Source: Thermoproteota archaeon (GTDB lineage Archaea > Korarchaeota > JAOZGF01 > JAOZFZ01). Taken from it: a stretch of DNA of 64,000 nt. Each line of letters begins with the position of its first letter. The stretch's first letter is position 1. Under the pieces are notes generated by a model. The model worked only from the letters and a program-made list of their open reading frames with translations. It ran no database searches and was not told the DNA's origin. A program made the position numbers and the translations under genes. The stretch covers positions 96,001 through 160,000 of the forward strand of contig JAOZFT010000004.1 in the NCBI GenBank assembly GCA_027492035.1, read 5' to 3'. Shown here piece by piece: positions 40,213-50,670 of the stretch.

Positions 40213-40671
40213 TTAAGGTTTGCAAAAAATCTGTTTAATTCTCTCCACTATTTTCTTTGTTCTACAAAGAGGAAAATCTTCAAAAGATCTGTTTAATCTT
40301 TTAACTTCTACCTTTAAACCCCTTGCCTCTAAAGCTGCCTTCAACTCATTTTGGTTGTAGGGTTGATCAGGACCAAGTATTAATATGTCAGGCTTAATTT
40401 CTTCTATTATTTTCAGTTTATCCTCACCCTTTTTACCTAATAAAACTTTTTCCACCCCCTTAATTTGTTTGATCATAAACCTCCTTTGGTCCTCAGGGAT
40501 AATTGGATCCCTCCCCCTAAGGGTTCTTACAGTTTCATCCCTTGAAACAACAACCCAAACATCACCGAATCTTTTAGCATAACTTATCAAGGCTACATGG
40601 CCTGGGTGGAGGATCTCAAATGTTCCGGCCACCACCACCTTTCTCCTCTCCTTATTACTCATATAAAACAC
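40213..40671 (-). CDS. ribL: FAD synthase (cytidylyltransferase-like)
   Basis: GTFEILHPGH, KPDI..LGPDQ. Confidence 0.85.
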   Translation of the reverse strand: MFYMSNKERRKVVVAGTFEILHPGHVALISYAKRFGDVWVVVSRDETVRTLRGRDPIIPEDQRRFMIKQIKGVEKVLLGKKGEDKLKIIEEIKPDILILGPDQPYNQNELKAALEARGLKVEVKRLNRSFEDFPLCRTKKIVERIKQIFCKP

Positions 40672-40728
40672 CTTTAAAAAGGGGAAAATGAATTTTATAG
40701 CTTTAAATAAATTTAGAGGGGGAGAGGA

Positions 40729-41502
40729 ATGCTGATTTTAATTGGGTTAGGATTACACAACGAAGAGGGAATGACATTGAGAGGAATCCACCTAGCTAGG
40801 GAAGCTGATGAAGTGTACCTCGAACAATATACTAACAAGATGTTTATAAATAAAAGTAATTTAGACTCACTACTCCATAAGGAAGTGAAAATTGTAGAAA
40901 GAAGAAACCTGGAAGAGGAGTCTGAATGGATAATAGAAAAAAGTAGGAACAAAAAAATTGCTTTACTTATTCCAGGCAATGTTTTTATTGCCACAACCCA
41001 CATAGCTTTGCAAACAGAAGCTTTACAAAAAGGGATAGAAGTGAAAGTTGAACCTGGTACATCTATTTATTGTGCAGCAATAGCTTTAACTGGTTTACAG
41101 ATATATAAATTCGGCCCTGCAGCCACTATTCCACTAGAAGGAAAATCTGAAAGAATTTACACTGTGTTAGAACAAAACAAAGAAAGGGGGCTCCACACTT
41201 TCTTCTTCCTTGACATAAAATATGAAAAAAACAGGTTCTTGACAATACCTGAAGCCCTTAAAAAGCTTTTAGACTTAGAAATGGAAAAAAGAAGGAAAGT
41301 TGTGTTAAAGAATGATTTAGTCATAGGTCTTGCCCACGTAGGAGGGGAGGATTCATTAATAGAAGTGGGAAGTATTGAAGAAGTTATGAAGAAAAATTTC
41401 GGGCCCCCTCCCCAGTGTCTAATTTACCCAGGAAAACTTCACTTTATGGAGAAAGAGTTTTTAGAACTTATCAGAGAGAGGAAAGTGAAAAAAGTCCAAT
41501 AA
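40729..41502 (+). CDS. dph5: Diphthine synthase
   Basis: LIGLGL, ATTH, GLQIYKFG, GLHT..FLD, LHFME.E. Confidence 0.93.
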   Translation: MLILIGLGLHNEEGMTLRGIHLAREADEVYLEQYTNKMFINKSNLDSLLHKEVKIVERRNLEEESEWIIEKSRNKKIALLIPGNVFIATTHIALQTEALQKGIEVKVEPGTSIYCAAIALTGLQIYKFGPAATIPLEGKSERIYTVLEQNKERGLHTFFFLDIKYEKNRFLTIPEALKKLLDLEMEKRRKVVLKNDLVIGLAHVGGEDSLIEVGSIEEVMKKNFGPPPQCLIYPGKLHFMEKEFLELIRERKVKKVQ

Positions 41503-42105
41503 AATAGATGGCTCGATAGTATACAATTAAATAATTAAGTGAATCCCATTGCTACTTGCTTGCAAGCCCTTTAGGTTAGAATAAAAATACTTCTTGGATT
41601 TAAGCAGAATTATTGTGGAGGAGTTTGACAAAACATTTCTATTTAAGTAATCCTATTAATGTTATGTGTTTGCATTTACTCAAGCTTAAATAAGGTTTTA
41701 AGTGTCCCTTTAACCTTTAACTATGTAAAGTAAAGGTTTCTGGAAACGACTCTAGTGAGCATTGTGGAATCATCTTTGATGAGAGAAGTAAGTTTAGGGA
41801 CAAAAGTAAACAACAGCACTCTATCCTCCAGTTAGGGATGTGGAGGATGACACCCGCGATGATGCCCCGGCTACAGTTATGAAAAATTATAAAAGTAGCG
41901 GAGAGAGAACCAGAACGGCTTCGTTTCTTAACCTACATAGTTGATAAAGCAGTACTTGGAGAAATGGTTAGACTGGGCCAGGTACTCCTACCATGATCCC
42001 TTTTTCTATGCAACCTTTTTCACGACTTCACTAACATATGGTTTAGATATAACCCTTAGTTAGTTCCGGGATTGAACTAAAGAGTTTTGGCTCTCTTTAA
42101 CAGAA

Positions 42106-42585
42106 ATGGTCCTTAAAGGTCTGAGTTTAAAGATACAGGAAAAAGAATTTTATGCCCTTATGGGACCCAACGGTGCTGGAAAAACAACTTTAGTCGCTAT
42201 CATAGCCTCTGTGATTTTACCTACCGAGGGTAAGGTAGAAATTTATGGGAAGGAACCTCAGTTTATAAGGAAATTTATTGGTTATGTACCTCAAGAAAAT
42301 TTTTCTTCCCCAACGCTTAGTGGTAGAGAGAATTTGATGTACTTTGCTAGACTTGTGGGTATTCAAAGGATAAGGCTAAGGAACTTGTGAACGAAATACT
42401 GGAAAAAAAATTGGTTTGTCTAAGGATGCTGATAAGAGAGTTTCTACATATTCGGAGGTATGAGAAAAAGGTTGGAAGTTGCAACAGCCTTCTTTCCTAA
42501 TATCAAATTTTGATTTTAAGTGAACCAACTACAGGCCTGGACCCCTCGGCAAGAAGAGAATTTTTGGGCTTAATTCAAGATATTC
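42106..42585 (+). pseudogene. ABC transporter ATP-binding subunit, frameshifted and truncated
   Basis: Walker A GPNGAGKTT; after frameshifts reads ..DADKRVSTYS.GMRKRLEVA..EPTTGLDPSARREFLGLIQDI. Confidence 0.85.
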
Positions 42586-43220
42586 CCTAAATAAATTTGT
42601 AGTCTGCTCAGGGATGAATGCAAAATATTGATTCCTAGTTTTACTTAAACTCCTTCTAACAACGAGTATCGTCGGTACCTTCTCAAACTCGATGCTGTCA
42701 GCCTTTATCTCAGCTTTAAGAAAATCTCTAAGCTTCAACACATCAGTTCCATCATAGCTTCCTAAGCTCTGAAGCCTTAAACCGAAAAAGCCATCAACGC
42801 TATAGTAATCCTAGCTCTGGGTATAGCCATCCTAATAATCTTATCCAACTCAGCTTTACCTGGAACCCTTTCGTCAGCTATAGTTTGGTGTCTCGTATTA
42901 CTTTAGCAATATTAACCTTAAGCTTGACATCCAATCCGTTAAAAGAAAGCCAGGAACATAGGGCTTTCTTAAACCTAGCTACATATGAACCAGCCTTACC
43001 TTCCGATTCAAGCTCTCTAACGAAATCCATAAACCTATCTCTAAAGAACTTAGTCCCAGCTACCTTAAGCAAAGCCTCAGGATCAGTTTTATTCGATTCA
43101 CAGTAAAGCCCTAGGTCCTAAGGCAAACTGTAGCTGTAATGATGGATTTAGCTGCTAGGTTACCAAACCCACGCTTAACATCCTCATCCTCAAGGAGGTA
43201 AGAATACTTATTCGGCAACT
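42575..43220 (-). pseudogene. Site-specific integrase relic next to the tRNA-Lys 3' end
   Basis: Fragments in shifting frames: KYSYLLEDEDVKR..., FRDRFMDFVRELESEGKAGSYVARFKK, RVPGKAELDKIIRMA..RAR, GLRLQSLG.YDG, LSKTRNQYF; catalytic C-terminus absent. Confidence 0.75.
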
Positions 43221-43284
43221 CTTGTTGAGTTGAGTTAAAGGTTGAAACCGTGTTTAAAATTTAAGGGTTCACTTGAAAAGTTAG

Positions 43285-43409
43285 TGGGCCCGGCGGGATT
43301 TGAACCCGCGACCCTCGGGTTGCTCCTCCAAAGGGGAGTACTTCTTTGGGATTAAGAGCCCGGTGCTTTAGGCAAATGAGAGGTTTCTACCTTGCTGAGC
43401 TACGGGCCC
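43285..43409 (-). tRNA. tRNA-Lys(CTT) with two introns (19 nt at 22/23: 43368-43386; 32 nt at 37/38: 43321-43352)
   Basis: GGGCCCG acceptor stem, GCTC/GAGC D-stem after splicing, CT-CTT-AA loop, GGTTCAAATCC T-arm; both introns have BHB-type helices (AGGT/GCCT, CTCT/GGAG). Confidence 0.92.
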
Positions 43410-43462
43410 AGAGATTAAATGTTAAAGGGGTGATTATTAAACCTTTTTAAGGGATTTTTTAT

Positions 43463-43903
43463 TTAAATGTTGCATTCTTTTTGAGTGGAAACTTCAACTG
43501 TAACTATAACTTTTCCTCCTTTCTTGATTTCGTTAATTAGTGCCCTGTTGAAGTCTATAGCTGCTTTATCAGCTAGAATTGCCAGTGTTCTTGAACAAAT
43601 GAATTTGCTTTTCCTTACAACCATATCTTCGTGATGGTTTAGAGGGAGATCGGGGTGTCCATGAGCTTTAATTATTTCTGTTTTGTTTCCAGCTTTCACT
43701 TTTATCTCTATTAACGCATTCTCCTTTCTAATTAAGTCCTTAACTTTTTCATTGAAATGTTTTAAGGCTTTGTTACAGTTAACAGCTATTATGCAGTTCC
43801 CTTTTTCTGTTAGGTAAGGTGCGCAAGTTAGTTCAAATGTTGTTTTATGAGTAGCTGTGACTAGGGGGTGTCCCTTACAAATTATTGTAACTTTTTCTTT
43901 CAT
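43463..43903 (-). CDS. DUF371 family protein
   Basis: GHP.V.ATH.TT.E.T...LT..G.CI, VVRKS.F...RT; start placed at ATG 43903. Confidence 0.85.
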   Translation of the reverse strand: MKEKVTIICKGHPLVTATHKTTFELTCAPYLTEKGNCIIAVNCNKALKHFNEKVKDLIRKENALIEIKVKAGNKTEIIKAHGHPDLPLNHHEDMVVRKSKFICSRTLAILADKAAIDFNRALINEIKKGGKVIVTVEVSTQKECNI

Positions 43904-44130
43904 CTCTTTACTCCATTCCCTTCTTTTTGAAGAAAGTTTTGTATGCCGATTTTGAAAGGAAGCAATTGTTTCATGAGTCGACAGCTTATTCCTAAAAAAT
44001 TTTGTATTTCCTATTTTTATCTCTTTCTTTCCCCTTTTCTGTTTTGGATTTCCTAAACAATTTTTTAACAAAGGGTCACCTATCTAAAATATAGATGAAG
44101 GAGATTGTAAGGAAGAGTTAGGGGAAGGAT

Positions 44131-44808
44131 GTGGCTGATTTAGTAGTTGAGAAAGAGAAACTTATCAAGTATTACGTTAGGACAGGAATCTTAAAATCAA
44201 GTAAAGTAATTGAAGCTTTCAGGAAAATACCTAGGGAAGAATTTGTTCTTCCAGAGTATTTTGATGCAGCTTACCAGGATACCCCCTTACCTATAGGATT
44301 CGGGCAAACAATCAGTGCGCCCCATATGGTTTGCATGTACGCTGAAATACTGTCATTAAAGCCGGGATTGAAGGTTTTGGAGGTGGGGGCTGGATCTGGA
44401 TATAACGCAGCCATTTTTGCAGAGCTAGTGGCAAGTTTAGATGTTCCTAAGTCGGAATGGGGGCATGTGTATACATTAGAAATAATTCCGGAACTTTGTG
44501 AATTTGCAAGAAGTAACTTAGCTAAAACAGGTTTCATTGACAGGGTGACTGTGATCTGCCAAGATGGAAGTTTAGGTTTGGCGGAGTACGCACCCTTTGA
44601 TCGAATATCAGTGGCTGCAGCAGCCCCTGACATTCCTACACCTTTAATTGACCAGTTAAGGGAGGGAGGGTTAATATTGATACCTGTCGGGTCATCCTTC
44701 TATCAAAAACTTGTTTTGGGGCATAAGGTTGGGGGGAAATTAATTAGAGAAGAAGTAGCGTCTGTTGCTTTTGTAGCTTTAAGGGGAAGGTATGGTTGGA
44801 AAGAGTGA
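44131..44808 (+). CDS. pcm: Protein-L-isoaspartate O-methyltransferase
   Basis: GQTISAPHM, VLEVGAGSGY, APFDRI.V.AA. Confidence 0.95.
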   Translation: MADLVVEKEKLIKYYVRTGILKSSKVIEAFRKIPREEFVLPEYFDAAYQDTPLPIGFGQTISAPHMVCMYAEILSLKPGLKVLEVGAGSGYNAAIFAELVASLDVPKSEWGHVYTLEIIPELCEFARSNLAKTGFIDRVTVICQDGSLGLAEYAPFDRISVAAAAPDIPTPLIDQLREGGLILIPVGSSFYQKLVLGHKVGGKLIREEVASVAFVALRGRYGWKE

Positions 44809-45033
44809 ATTCACTTCCAGCTTTTTATAGAGGTTCCCTGCCCCAGTCAGAATTGACCTTCTTCCGTTGGGAGTGAAGGTTTCAGTGAGTGAAACCTTTT
44901 CCCTGAAACTCATGTAGAGGAGGTTACAAAAACATGATTTTTCAGCAGGTATAACTTAAGCCTGTCCTTCAGCCCTACACAAGTTCATAGGCAAGCGGAG
45001 AAAATGTATAAAAGGAGCTTCTTCATGACAGAG

Positions 45034-46062
45034 CTAAAACCATTTCTCTAAACCGGTAACTGCGAAGTACTTATTGTAAGATTCAACTAGCCTGTTTAAG
45101 GCTTTCTGGACACGTGAAAGTGAAAAGTCGTGTTTTCTACAGAGGAACTCAATTATTTCTTCAGTTTGAGGCTTCTCCCAACTTATTTTGTAGTTGTCTG
45201 TGACTAATGGTTTTTGGAAAACTTCCATTATTTCCTGTAAGTTCTCAGGAGGCTTCTCCCCCTTCTCCTCATAAATTTTGTTTAAGTCCCCACCGTATTT
45301 TTTAAGTAATTTAACTGCTGTCTTTGCACCACAACCTTTAAGCCCCTTATTAAAGTCTGTCCCGACCAATATCCCACATAGGATTAGTTCATTTAATGTT
45401 AAACTGTTTTTATCAATTAATTCATCTAGAAAAATTATTTCAGGCTGAATTTGAATATATTGTTTTTTCCCCGGCAGTTTACGTCTGCCACTTATCGTTA
45501 AATTTCTTACAAGTCGGGGTGCACCGAAGAGTAAGGCGTCATAATCCTGTGAAGCTACAGCCCAGCAATCGCCTTTCTTTGCCATGTATGCTGCTTGTGC
45601 TTCGCCTTCTTGTGGTGATTTTATATAAGGGATGCCCATGTACCCCAAAAGGGTACATGCACCTTCTACTAACTCGTCTGTGAGTCTTGATGATGCTTGA
45701 GCATATTTACGGGCCAGTTCTAGGTCGCCTATTTCTAACGCCCTTTTCCACAATGTTTCAGCTGATTCTCGACTTTCTTTCCTTCTTTCAAGCTCTTTCT
45801 TCTTAAGTTTAGGTGGAACGCCGTCGAAGACATAGATTGGTTTTATTCCGTTCTCATACAGGTTGATTGTCCTATAGAATAAACCAGAAAGGTGGCTAGT
45901 TACTTTTCCTGTGTGATCCTTTAAGGGGGTTCCGTCAGGTTGCCTTATAATGGCTAGAAATTGGTAAAGAGTATTTGCTGAATCTATACATATTTTTTTG
46001 CCGTTTAAATCCCCAAAAGATATAGGTTTAGGATGTGTTATTCCCCTTAATTTAACCCCCAT
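45034..46062 (-). CDS. fen: Flap endonuclease 1
   Basis: MGV start, YQFLAIIRQPDG, EGEAQAA, SQDYD, GTDFN, C-terminal LEKWF PIP-like box. Confidence 0.96.
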   Translation of the reverse strand: MGVKLRGITHPKPISFGDLNGKKICIDSANTLYQFLAIIRQPDGTPLKDHTGKVTSHLSGLFYRTINLYENGIKPIYVFDGVPPKLKKKELERRKESRESAETLWKRALEIGDLELARKYAQASSRLTDELVEGACTLLGYMGIPYIKSPQEGEAQAAYMAKKGDCWAVASQDYDALLFGAPRLVRNLTISGRRKLPGKKQYIQIQPEIIFLDELIDKNSLTLNELILCGILVGTDFNKGLKGCGAKTAVKLLKKYGGDLNKIYEEKGEKPPENLQEIMEVFQKPLVTDNYKISWEKPQTEEIIEFLCRKHDFSLSRVQKALNRLVESYNKYFAVTGLEKWF

Positions 46063-46099
46063 TTCTTTAGTTTTCACCCTCCTAATAAAAATAAGCTTA

Positions 46100-46321
46100 C
46101 TAAATCAGTTCAACTTTACGTTGTTTTTTATTTATCTGAACAAAAGTTATTTTTCGTTTCGTTTCTAGTTCTAAAAGAGTTTTTAAGACAGTGTGCTCCG
46201 AAACGTCAGGGTAATATTGCCTTACATAGTTTAGAAGTTTATCTAAAAGAACTACCCTGTTTTTTTCTAAAAACTCAAGTATAACATTTCTTAGAGGAAT
46301 CGGTCTCCAAATCATTTCCAA
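46100..46321 (-). CDS. Small winged-helix protein
   Basis: 73 aa, helical wHTH-like pattern, lies between cdc48 and fen. Confidence 0.6.
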   Translation of the reverse strand: MEMIWRPIPLRNVILEFLEKNRVVLLDKLLNYVRQYYPDVSEHTVLKTLLELETKRKITFVQINKKQRKVELI

Positions 46322-46325
46322 ATCA

Positions 46326-48527
46326 TCACATAGTCTCTAAGGAAAACTTTTTTAATGAAGGCTTCCTAAAGTTTTTTTCAAAACTTTTGTACCAACTCGT
46401 CAATTCAGGGGATATGGAAGGAGAAACAAGAAGTAGTGCCTCCTCAAAATCTTGCATCCTAACCTTTACAGGTTGCATTTTGTTTTTCCTTAAAGCTATA
46501 AAGCCTGCCTCACGGCAAATAGATTTTATATCGGCACCTGAGTAACCTTGTGTTTTTTCAGCAAGTTTTTCTAAGTCAACATCATTTTTAAGTTTCATCT
46601 TTCTAGTGTAAATTTTGAATATTTCCACTCTTGAGTAGAAGTCAGGCTCGCCTACATATATTAATTTCTCCAGTCTACCTGGCCTAAATAAAGCAGGATC
46701 CACTAAATCTGGCCTGTTAGTGGCTGCTATGACTGTTACGTTTTTTAGTTCCTTAACTCCATCTATCTCAGTTAAAAGTTGACTTACTGCTCTTTCCATA
46801 GCATTATTTAATGAACCACTTCTCTTAGGGGCTATAGCATCTACCTCATCGAAGAAAACAATTGAAGGGGCAGCTAACTTTGCTTTACGGAAAATTTCAC
46901 GTACTGCCCTTTCAGTTTCACCCATCCACATGCTTATTATTTCTGGGCCGTTTATAGCTATGAAATTTGCCTCTGTTTCATTAGCTACAGCCTTAGCAAG
47001 TAAAGTTTTACCGCAACCAGGAGGACCATAAAGTAAAACACCACTAGGAGGCTCAATACCCATTTCTTCAATGACTTCTCGGTGTTTTAATGGCCATTCT
47101 ACAGCTTCTCTTAAGCTTGACTTAGCTTCATGTAATCCGCCGATGTCGCCCCATTTCACATCCGCTTTTTCGAGGATTATTTCCCTTAATGCACTTGGTT
47201 GAACTCTTTTTAAAGCTTTTTGGAAGTCGCAAGCCTTTATTTTTATCTCATCAAAGATTTCAGGTGAGAATTTCCCTTTTTCCGAATCTATTGTTGGTAT
47301 ATATCGTCTTAAGGCTATTATCGCAGCTTCTTTCGCAAGAGCAGATAAGTCAGCCCCTACAAATCCATGGGTTACTTCAGCTATTTCTTCAAGGTTCACA
47401 TCTTCGGCTAAGGGCATGTTTCGAGTATGTATTTTCAATATTTCCAGTCTTTCCTTTTTATCGGGAACTTTTATCTCTATTTCCCTATCTAATCTCCCAG
47501 GTCTTCTTAAGGCAGGTTCCAGTGCATTGGGTCGGTTAGTAGCTGCTATAACTATTACCTTCCCTCTTGTTGAAAGCCCGTCCATTAACGCTAAAAGTTG
47601 GGCCACTACCCTTCTCTCAACTTCACCTGTAACCTCTTCCCTTTTAGGGGCTATAGCATCTATTTCATCAATGAAAATGATTGAAGGAGACTTATTTTTT
47701 GCTTCATTAAATATTTTTCTAAGCCTGCGTTCTGATTCACCATAGAATTTGTTCATTATTTCTGGGCCGTTTATAGCTATGAAATTTGCCTCTGTTTCAT
47801 TAGCTACAGCCTTAGCAAGTAAAGTTTTACCGCAACCAGGAGGACCATAAAGTAAAACACCACTAGGAGGCTCAATACCAAGTTTTTGGAAAAGCTCCGG
47901 GTATTTTAAGGGAAGTTCAACCATTTCCCGGATTCTTTGGATTTCTTCTTTTAAACCACCAATGTCTTCGTAGGTCACATAGGGAATATTGCCGGTGGTT
48001 GAAACTGATTTTTCCCGAAGCACGATTGCAGTATTTGCTTCAACTACTACAATGCCTTTCGGCTTAGTATTTACTACCTTTAGGTTTAGGCTGTGATGAT
48101 AAAAGTTTACAGGTTTTAGGTCTCCTACAACTAAGGGAACTCCTATTAACTTCTTTTTAATATATTTAGTTATGTTTCCTGGTAATTTAGATTGGACAGG
48201 TGCTAAAATTATTTTTTCAGCTTTGCCAGGGTAAGCTTTCTCGACATATACCCTCTCTCCCAAACTGACATCTGCATTCCTCCTTGTTATGCCATCCATT
48301 CTAATTAAGCCTAGGTTTTCATCCTCCGGGTAGGCTCTCCAAACAATTGCTGCAGTGGTTTTTTTGCCTGTAATTTTCACTATGTCTCCAATGTTTAGGT
48401 TAAGTAAACGTCTGGTTGCAGAGTCTAACCTAACAGCTTCCTTACCTACGTCTTCTATCTTGGCATTAGCTACTTTCACAACAACTTTCACTGTTTTCAA
48501 AGGAATCCCTTTCAAAAAAATTAACAA
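46326..48527 (-). CDS. cdc48: CDC48/VCP AAA+ ATPase
   Basis: N-domain and two AAA modules with GPPGCGKT, Walker B and RPGR. Confidence 0.97.
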   Translation of the reverse strand: MLIFLKGIPLKTVKVVVKVANAKIEDVGKEAVRLDSATRRLLNLNIGDIVKITGKKTTAAIVWRAYPEDENLGLIRMDGITRRNADVSLGERVYVEKAYPGKAEKIILAPVQSKLPGNITKYIKKKLIGVPLVVGDLKPVNFYHHSLNLKVVNTKPKGIVVVEANTAIVLREKSVSTTGNIPYVTYEDIGGLKEEIQRIREMVELPLKYPELFQKLGIEPPSGVLLYGPPGCGKTLLAKAVANETEANFIAINGPEIMNKFYGESERRLRKIFNEAKNKSPSIIFIDEIDAIAPKREEVTGEVERRVVAQLLALMDGLSTRGKVIVIAATNRPNALEPALRRPGRLDREIEIKVPDKKERLEILKIHTRNMPLAEDVNLEEIAEVTHGFVGADLSALAKEAAIIALRRYIPTIDSEKGKFSPEIFDEIKIKACDFQKALKRVQPSALREIILEKADVKWGDIGGLHEAKSSLREAVEWPLKHREVIEEMGIEPPSGVLLYGPPGCGKTLLAKAVANETEANFIAINGPEIISMWMGETERAVREIFRKAKLAAPSIVFFDEVDAIAPKRSGSLNNAMERAVSQLLTEIDGVKELKNVTVIAATNRPDLVDPALFRPGRLEKLIYVGEPDFYSRVEIFKIYTRKMKLKNDVDLEKLAEKTQGYSGADIKSICREAGFIALRKNKMQPVKVRMQDFEEALLLVSPSISPELTSWYKSFEKNFRKPSLKKFSLETM
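46936..47879. repeat. Perfect 125-bp direct repeat (46936-47060 and 47755-47879) within cdc48
   Basis: Identical base for base by manual comparison, ATTATTTCTGGGCCG...GGCTCAATACC. Confidence 0.93.
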
Positions 48528-48692
48528 GTTTGGGCAATATTTTCTTTAACTTTAAAATGAACAAGTCTTTTAAATGTTTTTCTGAAAAGGAGATATGAAA
48601 AGAAAGGAATTTTTACCTAGAATGAACTTTAAAGAGGTGAATAAACTGGGTTATTATTTAATCTTTCCACTTTTTTAAGGTGTTTGTTCAAT

Positions 48693-48959
48693 TTAAAGGG
48701 CTCTTGATACATTCTCTATATAAACTGAACTCACGTGGTCTATGGCAACAAGCCTTTCTTCGATTTTGTTCATTAGTTCATGTTTTTCTTCAACCAAAAG
48801 AATTAATTCAATTGTGTTGAGGCCAAAAGCTAATGGTTTAAACTGGATCTTGTTTATTACTCCTAGTTTAGAGGCCACTCCTTTAACTTCCTCCTTTAAT
48901 TTACCCATGTCAACTTCTGCAGAATCTGGTGTAACCCTTACTTTCACCAAAACAGACAT
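48693..48959 (-). CDS. ef1b: Elongation factor 1-beta
   Basis: V.P.S.EVD, PLAFGL; adjacent to the Zn-finger gene. Confidence 0.9.
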   Translation of the reverse strand: MSVLVKVRVTPDSAEVDMGKLKEEVKGVASKLGVINKIQFKPLAFGLNTIELILLVEEKHELMNKIEERLVAIDHVSSVYIENVSRAL

Positions 48960-48968
48960 TTTTTCACC

Positions 48969-49145
48969 TCAAGGACCTTCAAATCCACAGTTCGGACATT
49001 TATATTCATTGCCAAATTTTCTGCATACCTCACAACGGAAAATTTCAACTTTTTCACAATTGGGACATTTAAAGGAAACAGCACCTGTCCCTGCCACAAT
49101 TTTTTTCCCGCAACTGGTGCATACATGGAATAATTTGCTTTCCAT
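48969..49145 (-). CDS. DUF1610/HVO_2753-like Zn-finger protein (58 aa, not in ORF track)
   Basis: MESKLFHVCTSCGKKI...FKCPNCE...RCEVCRKFGNEYKCPNCGFEGP. Confidence 0.9.
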   Translation of the reverse strand: MESKLFHVCTSCGKKIVAGTGAVSFKCPNCEKVEIFRCEVCRKFGNEYKCPNCGFEGP

Positions 49146-49150
49146 TTTTT

Positions 49151-50278
49151 TTAACCCCTGAGCAGTTTCCTCACTTCCTCTGAGACAGTAATTAGGTAAG
49201 TTTTACCAAGTCTCTCCTTCTTTAAAATGTTTCTCATAACAAGTTCAGAAATTACCCTACTTGTTGTGGGCTTTGTTAACCCTACAATTGAGGCCAGGTC
49301 ATCCTGCGTTATTTTTCCCTTTCTCATAACTGCTTTAAAAATTTCTCTTTCATCGTATGTTAAAAATGTATTTAAAAAGTTTTTGATCGGCTGAATTTTC
49401 TTTTGTTTCAGAAAGGAAGTAAGAAATACAAAGGCTATAAGTGCACCTATGGAAAGGCCTAAAAACAGTCTGTAATCTATAAATTCAGAAATTACTGTTA
49501 ATAAAGGTTCGAAGTTGGTTTTGTTTTCCGGAGAGACATAGGAACTGTTCATTGAAACAAGATACGTTTTTTTACCCAATTCTTCAACTTCCTTAAGTAC
49601 TTTATTGGATAAGTTTGTGTCAAGAATGTATATTTCCTTTACTTCAGTGAGATAGTTAAGAATTACTCTTACAGTGCTCTCAGGTAGTTCATCTTTTTTT
49701 ATGTAAAGGACAGGAGTCCCTTTCTCCATTGAAATAGATAATGCAGCAAAAGCAGCAGTTGGGTTATAACCATCAACCAAAACTACAGCTTTGGTTTTTT
49801 CTTTACTCCACAGCCTAGCTGCAACTTCAGCTGAAGTTTCAATCCTTGTTGTGCCCCAAATTCTTTCCACAGAAAACCCCATCTTTTTTAGCTCTAACTC
49901 GGTAGATTTAGGTATAGCTAACTCCTCTCCAAGAATTAAAATGTTCTTTCTTCCTATTAAACATAAACCTGAAAGTAAAGCTTTAGTTATTTCATCTATC
50001 CCCCCTTTTTTAGCCACCATCAAAACAGGAATATTTACTTCATTAGCATAAGATTCTGCAATAACCCAGTCAGCAGGAATGTCACCCCTGACAAGGATTG
50101 CTGAGTAACTACTTTCTTGGGCAAACATATTTAGGGTTGAAAAAAGGATAGGAATAAGAAGTAATGTAAGAAGGAAAGTTGTTTTTGGTATTTCCTTTTG
50201 GAACTTGTTAAGCACCCTAAGAACCTCCTCTCTTCTTAAAACTTTTTGGAAGACATAGGTGAAAAGGGAGAAATACAT
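49151..50278 (-). CDS. Cell-wall-binding repeat 2 (CWB2) protein with TM and C-terminal wHTH
   Basis: ILILGEELAI, VERIWGTTRIETS, TM helix, ITQDDLA..VGLTKPTTSR HTH. Confidence 0.75.
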   Translation of the reverse strand: MYFSLFTYVFQKVLRREEVLRVLNKFQKEIPKTTFLLTLLLIPILFSTLNMFAQESSYSAILVRGDIPADWVIAESYANEVNIPVLMVAKKGGIDEITKALLSGLCLIGRKNILILGEELAIPKSTELELKKMGFSVERIWGTTRIETSAEVAARLWSKEKTKAVVLVDGYNPTAAFAALSISMEKGTPVLYIKKDELPESTVRVILNYLTEVKEIYILDTNLSNKVLKEVEELGKKTYLVSMNSSYVSPENKTNFEPLLTVISEFIDYRLFLGLSIGALIAFVFLTSFLKQKKIQPIKNFLNTFLTYDEREIFKAVMRKGKITQDDLASIVGLTKPTTSRVISELVMRNILKKERLGKTYLITVSEEVRKLLRG

Positions 50279-50367
50279 AGAATAAAAGATTTTAAAAAGA
50301 CAGTTTTAAAAGTATACCTTTTAAAGCCTTTCTTTTTCGTTTCAGAAATTTCTGGTTAGAAAATAAT

Positions 50368-50454
50368 GGGCCCGTGGCCTAACATGGATAAGGCGTCGGC
50401 CTGCGGTTTTTAGAAGAAAGCCGGAGGATGCGGGTTCAAATCCCGCCGGGCCCG
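50368..50454 (+). tRNA. tRNA-Arg(GCG) with 12-nt intron at 37/38 (50407-50418)
   Basis: GGGCCCG...TCGGC CT GCG G[TTTTTAGAAGAA]A GCCGG...GGTTCAAATCC...CGGGCCCG. Confidence 0.9.
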
Positions 50455-50670
50455 TTTTTTACATACCTTGAACTAAGTTAAAGATGGATCTTGAAAAGTA
50501 AAGCGTGAAAAAAGGGAAAAATGAACCTTGCAAGTTACAGCTTTTAAAAAGATGAAAGTGCCAATTCTTTGAGGAGAATATTTCTAGAATTTTATTTTTA
50601 ATAACCTTTTAGAGCCTAAAATAGAAGAGAAATATGCGGTATTCGTAAAAAAGATGGTTGGTGATTTAGT

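Noticed and set aside
41823-41885. Hairpin ATCCTCCA/TGGAGGAT and adjacent GATGA motifs as a small RNA
   Set aside because: No proper C/D geometry or D box; an isolated 8-bp stem is insufficient evidence
42106-43220. Frameshifts in the ABC ATPase and integrase as additional mRNA introns
   Set aside because: Multiple single-base indels and truncation, with no BHB folds seen; consistent with pseudogene decay
43286-50453. 24-nt inverted identity between tRNA-Lys and tRNA-Arg 3' ends as att sites
   Set aside because: Inverted orientation, both are full tRNAs, and core genes lie between them; ordinary T-arm/acceptor conservation
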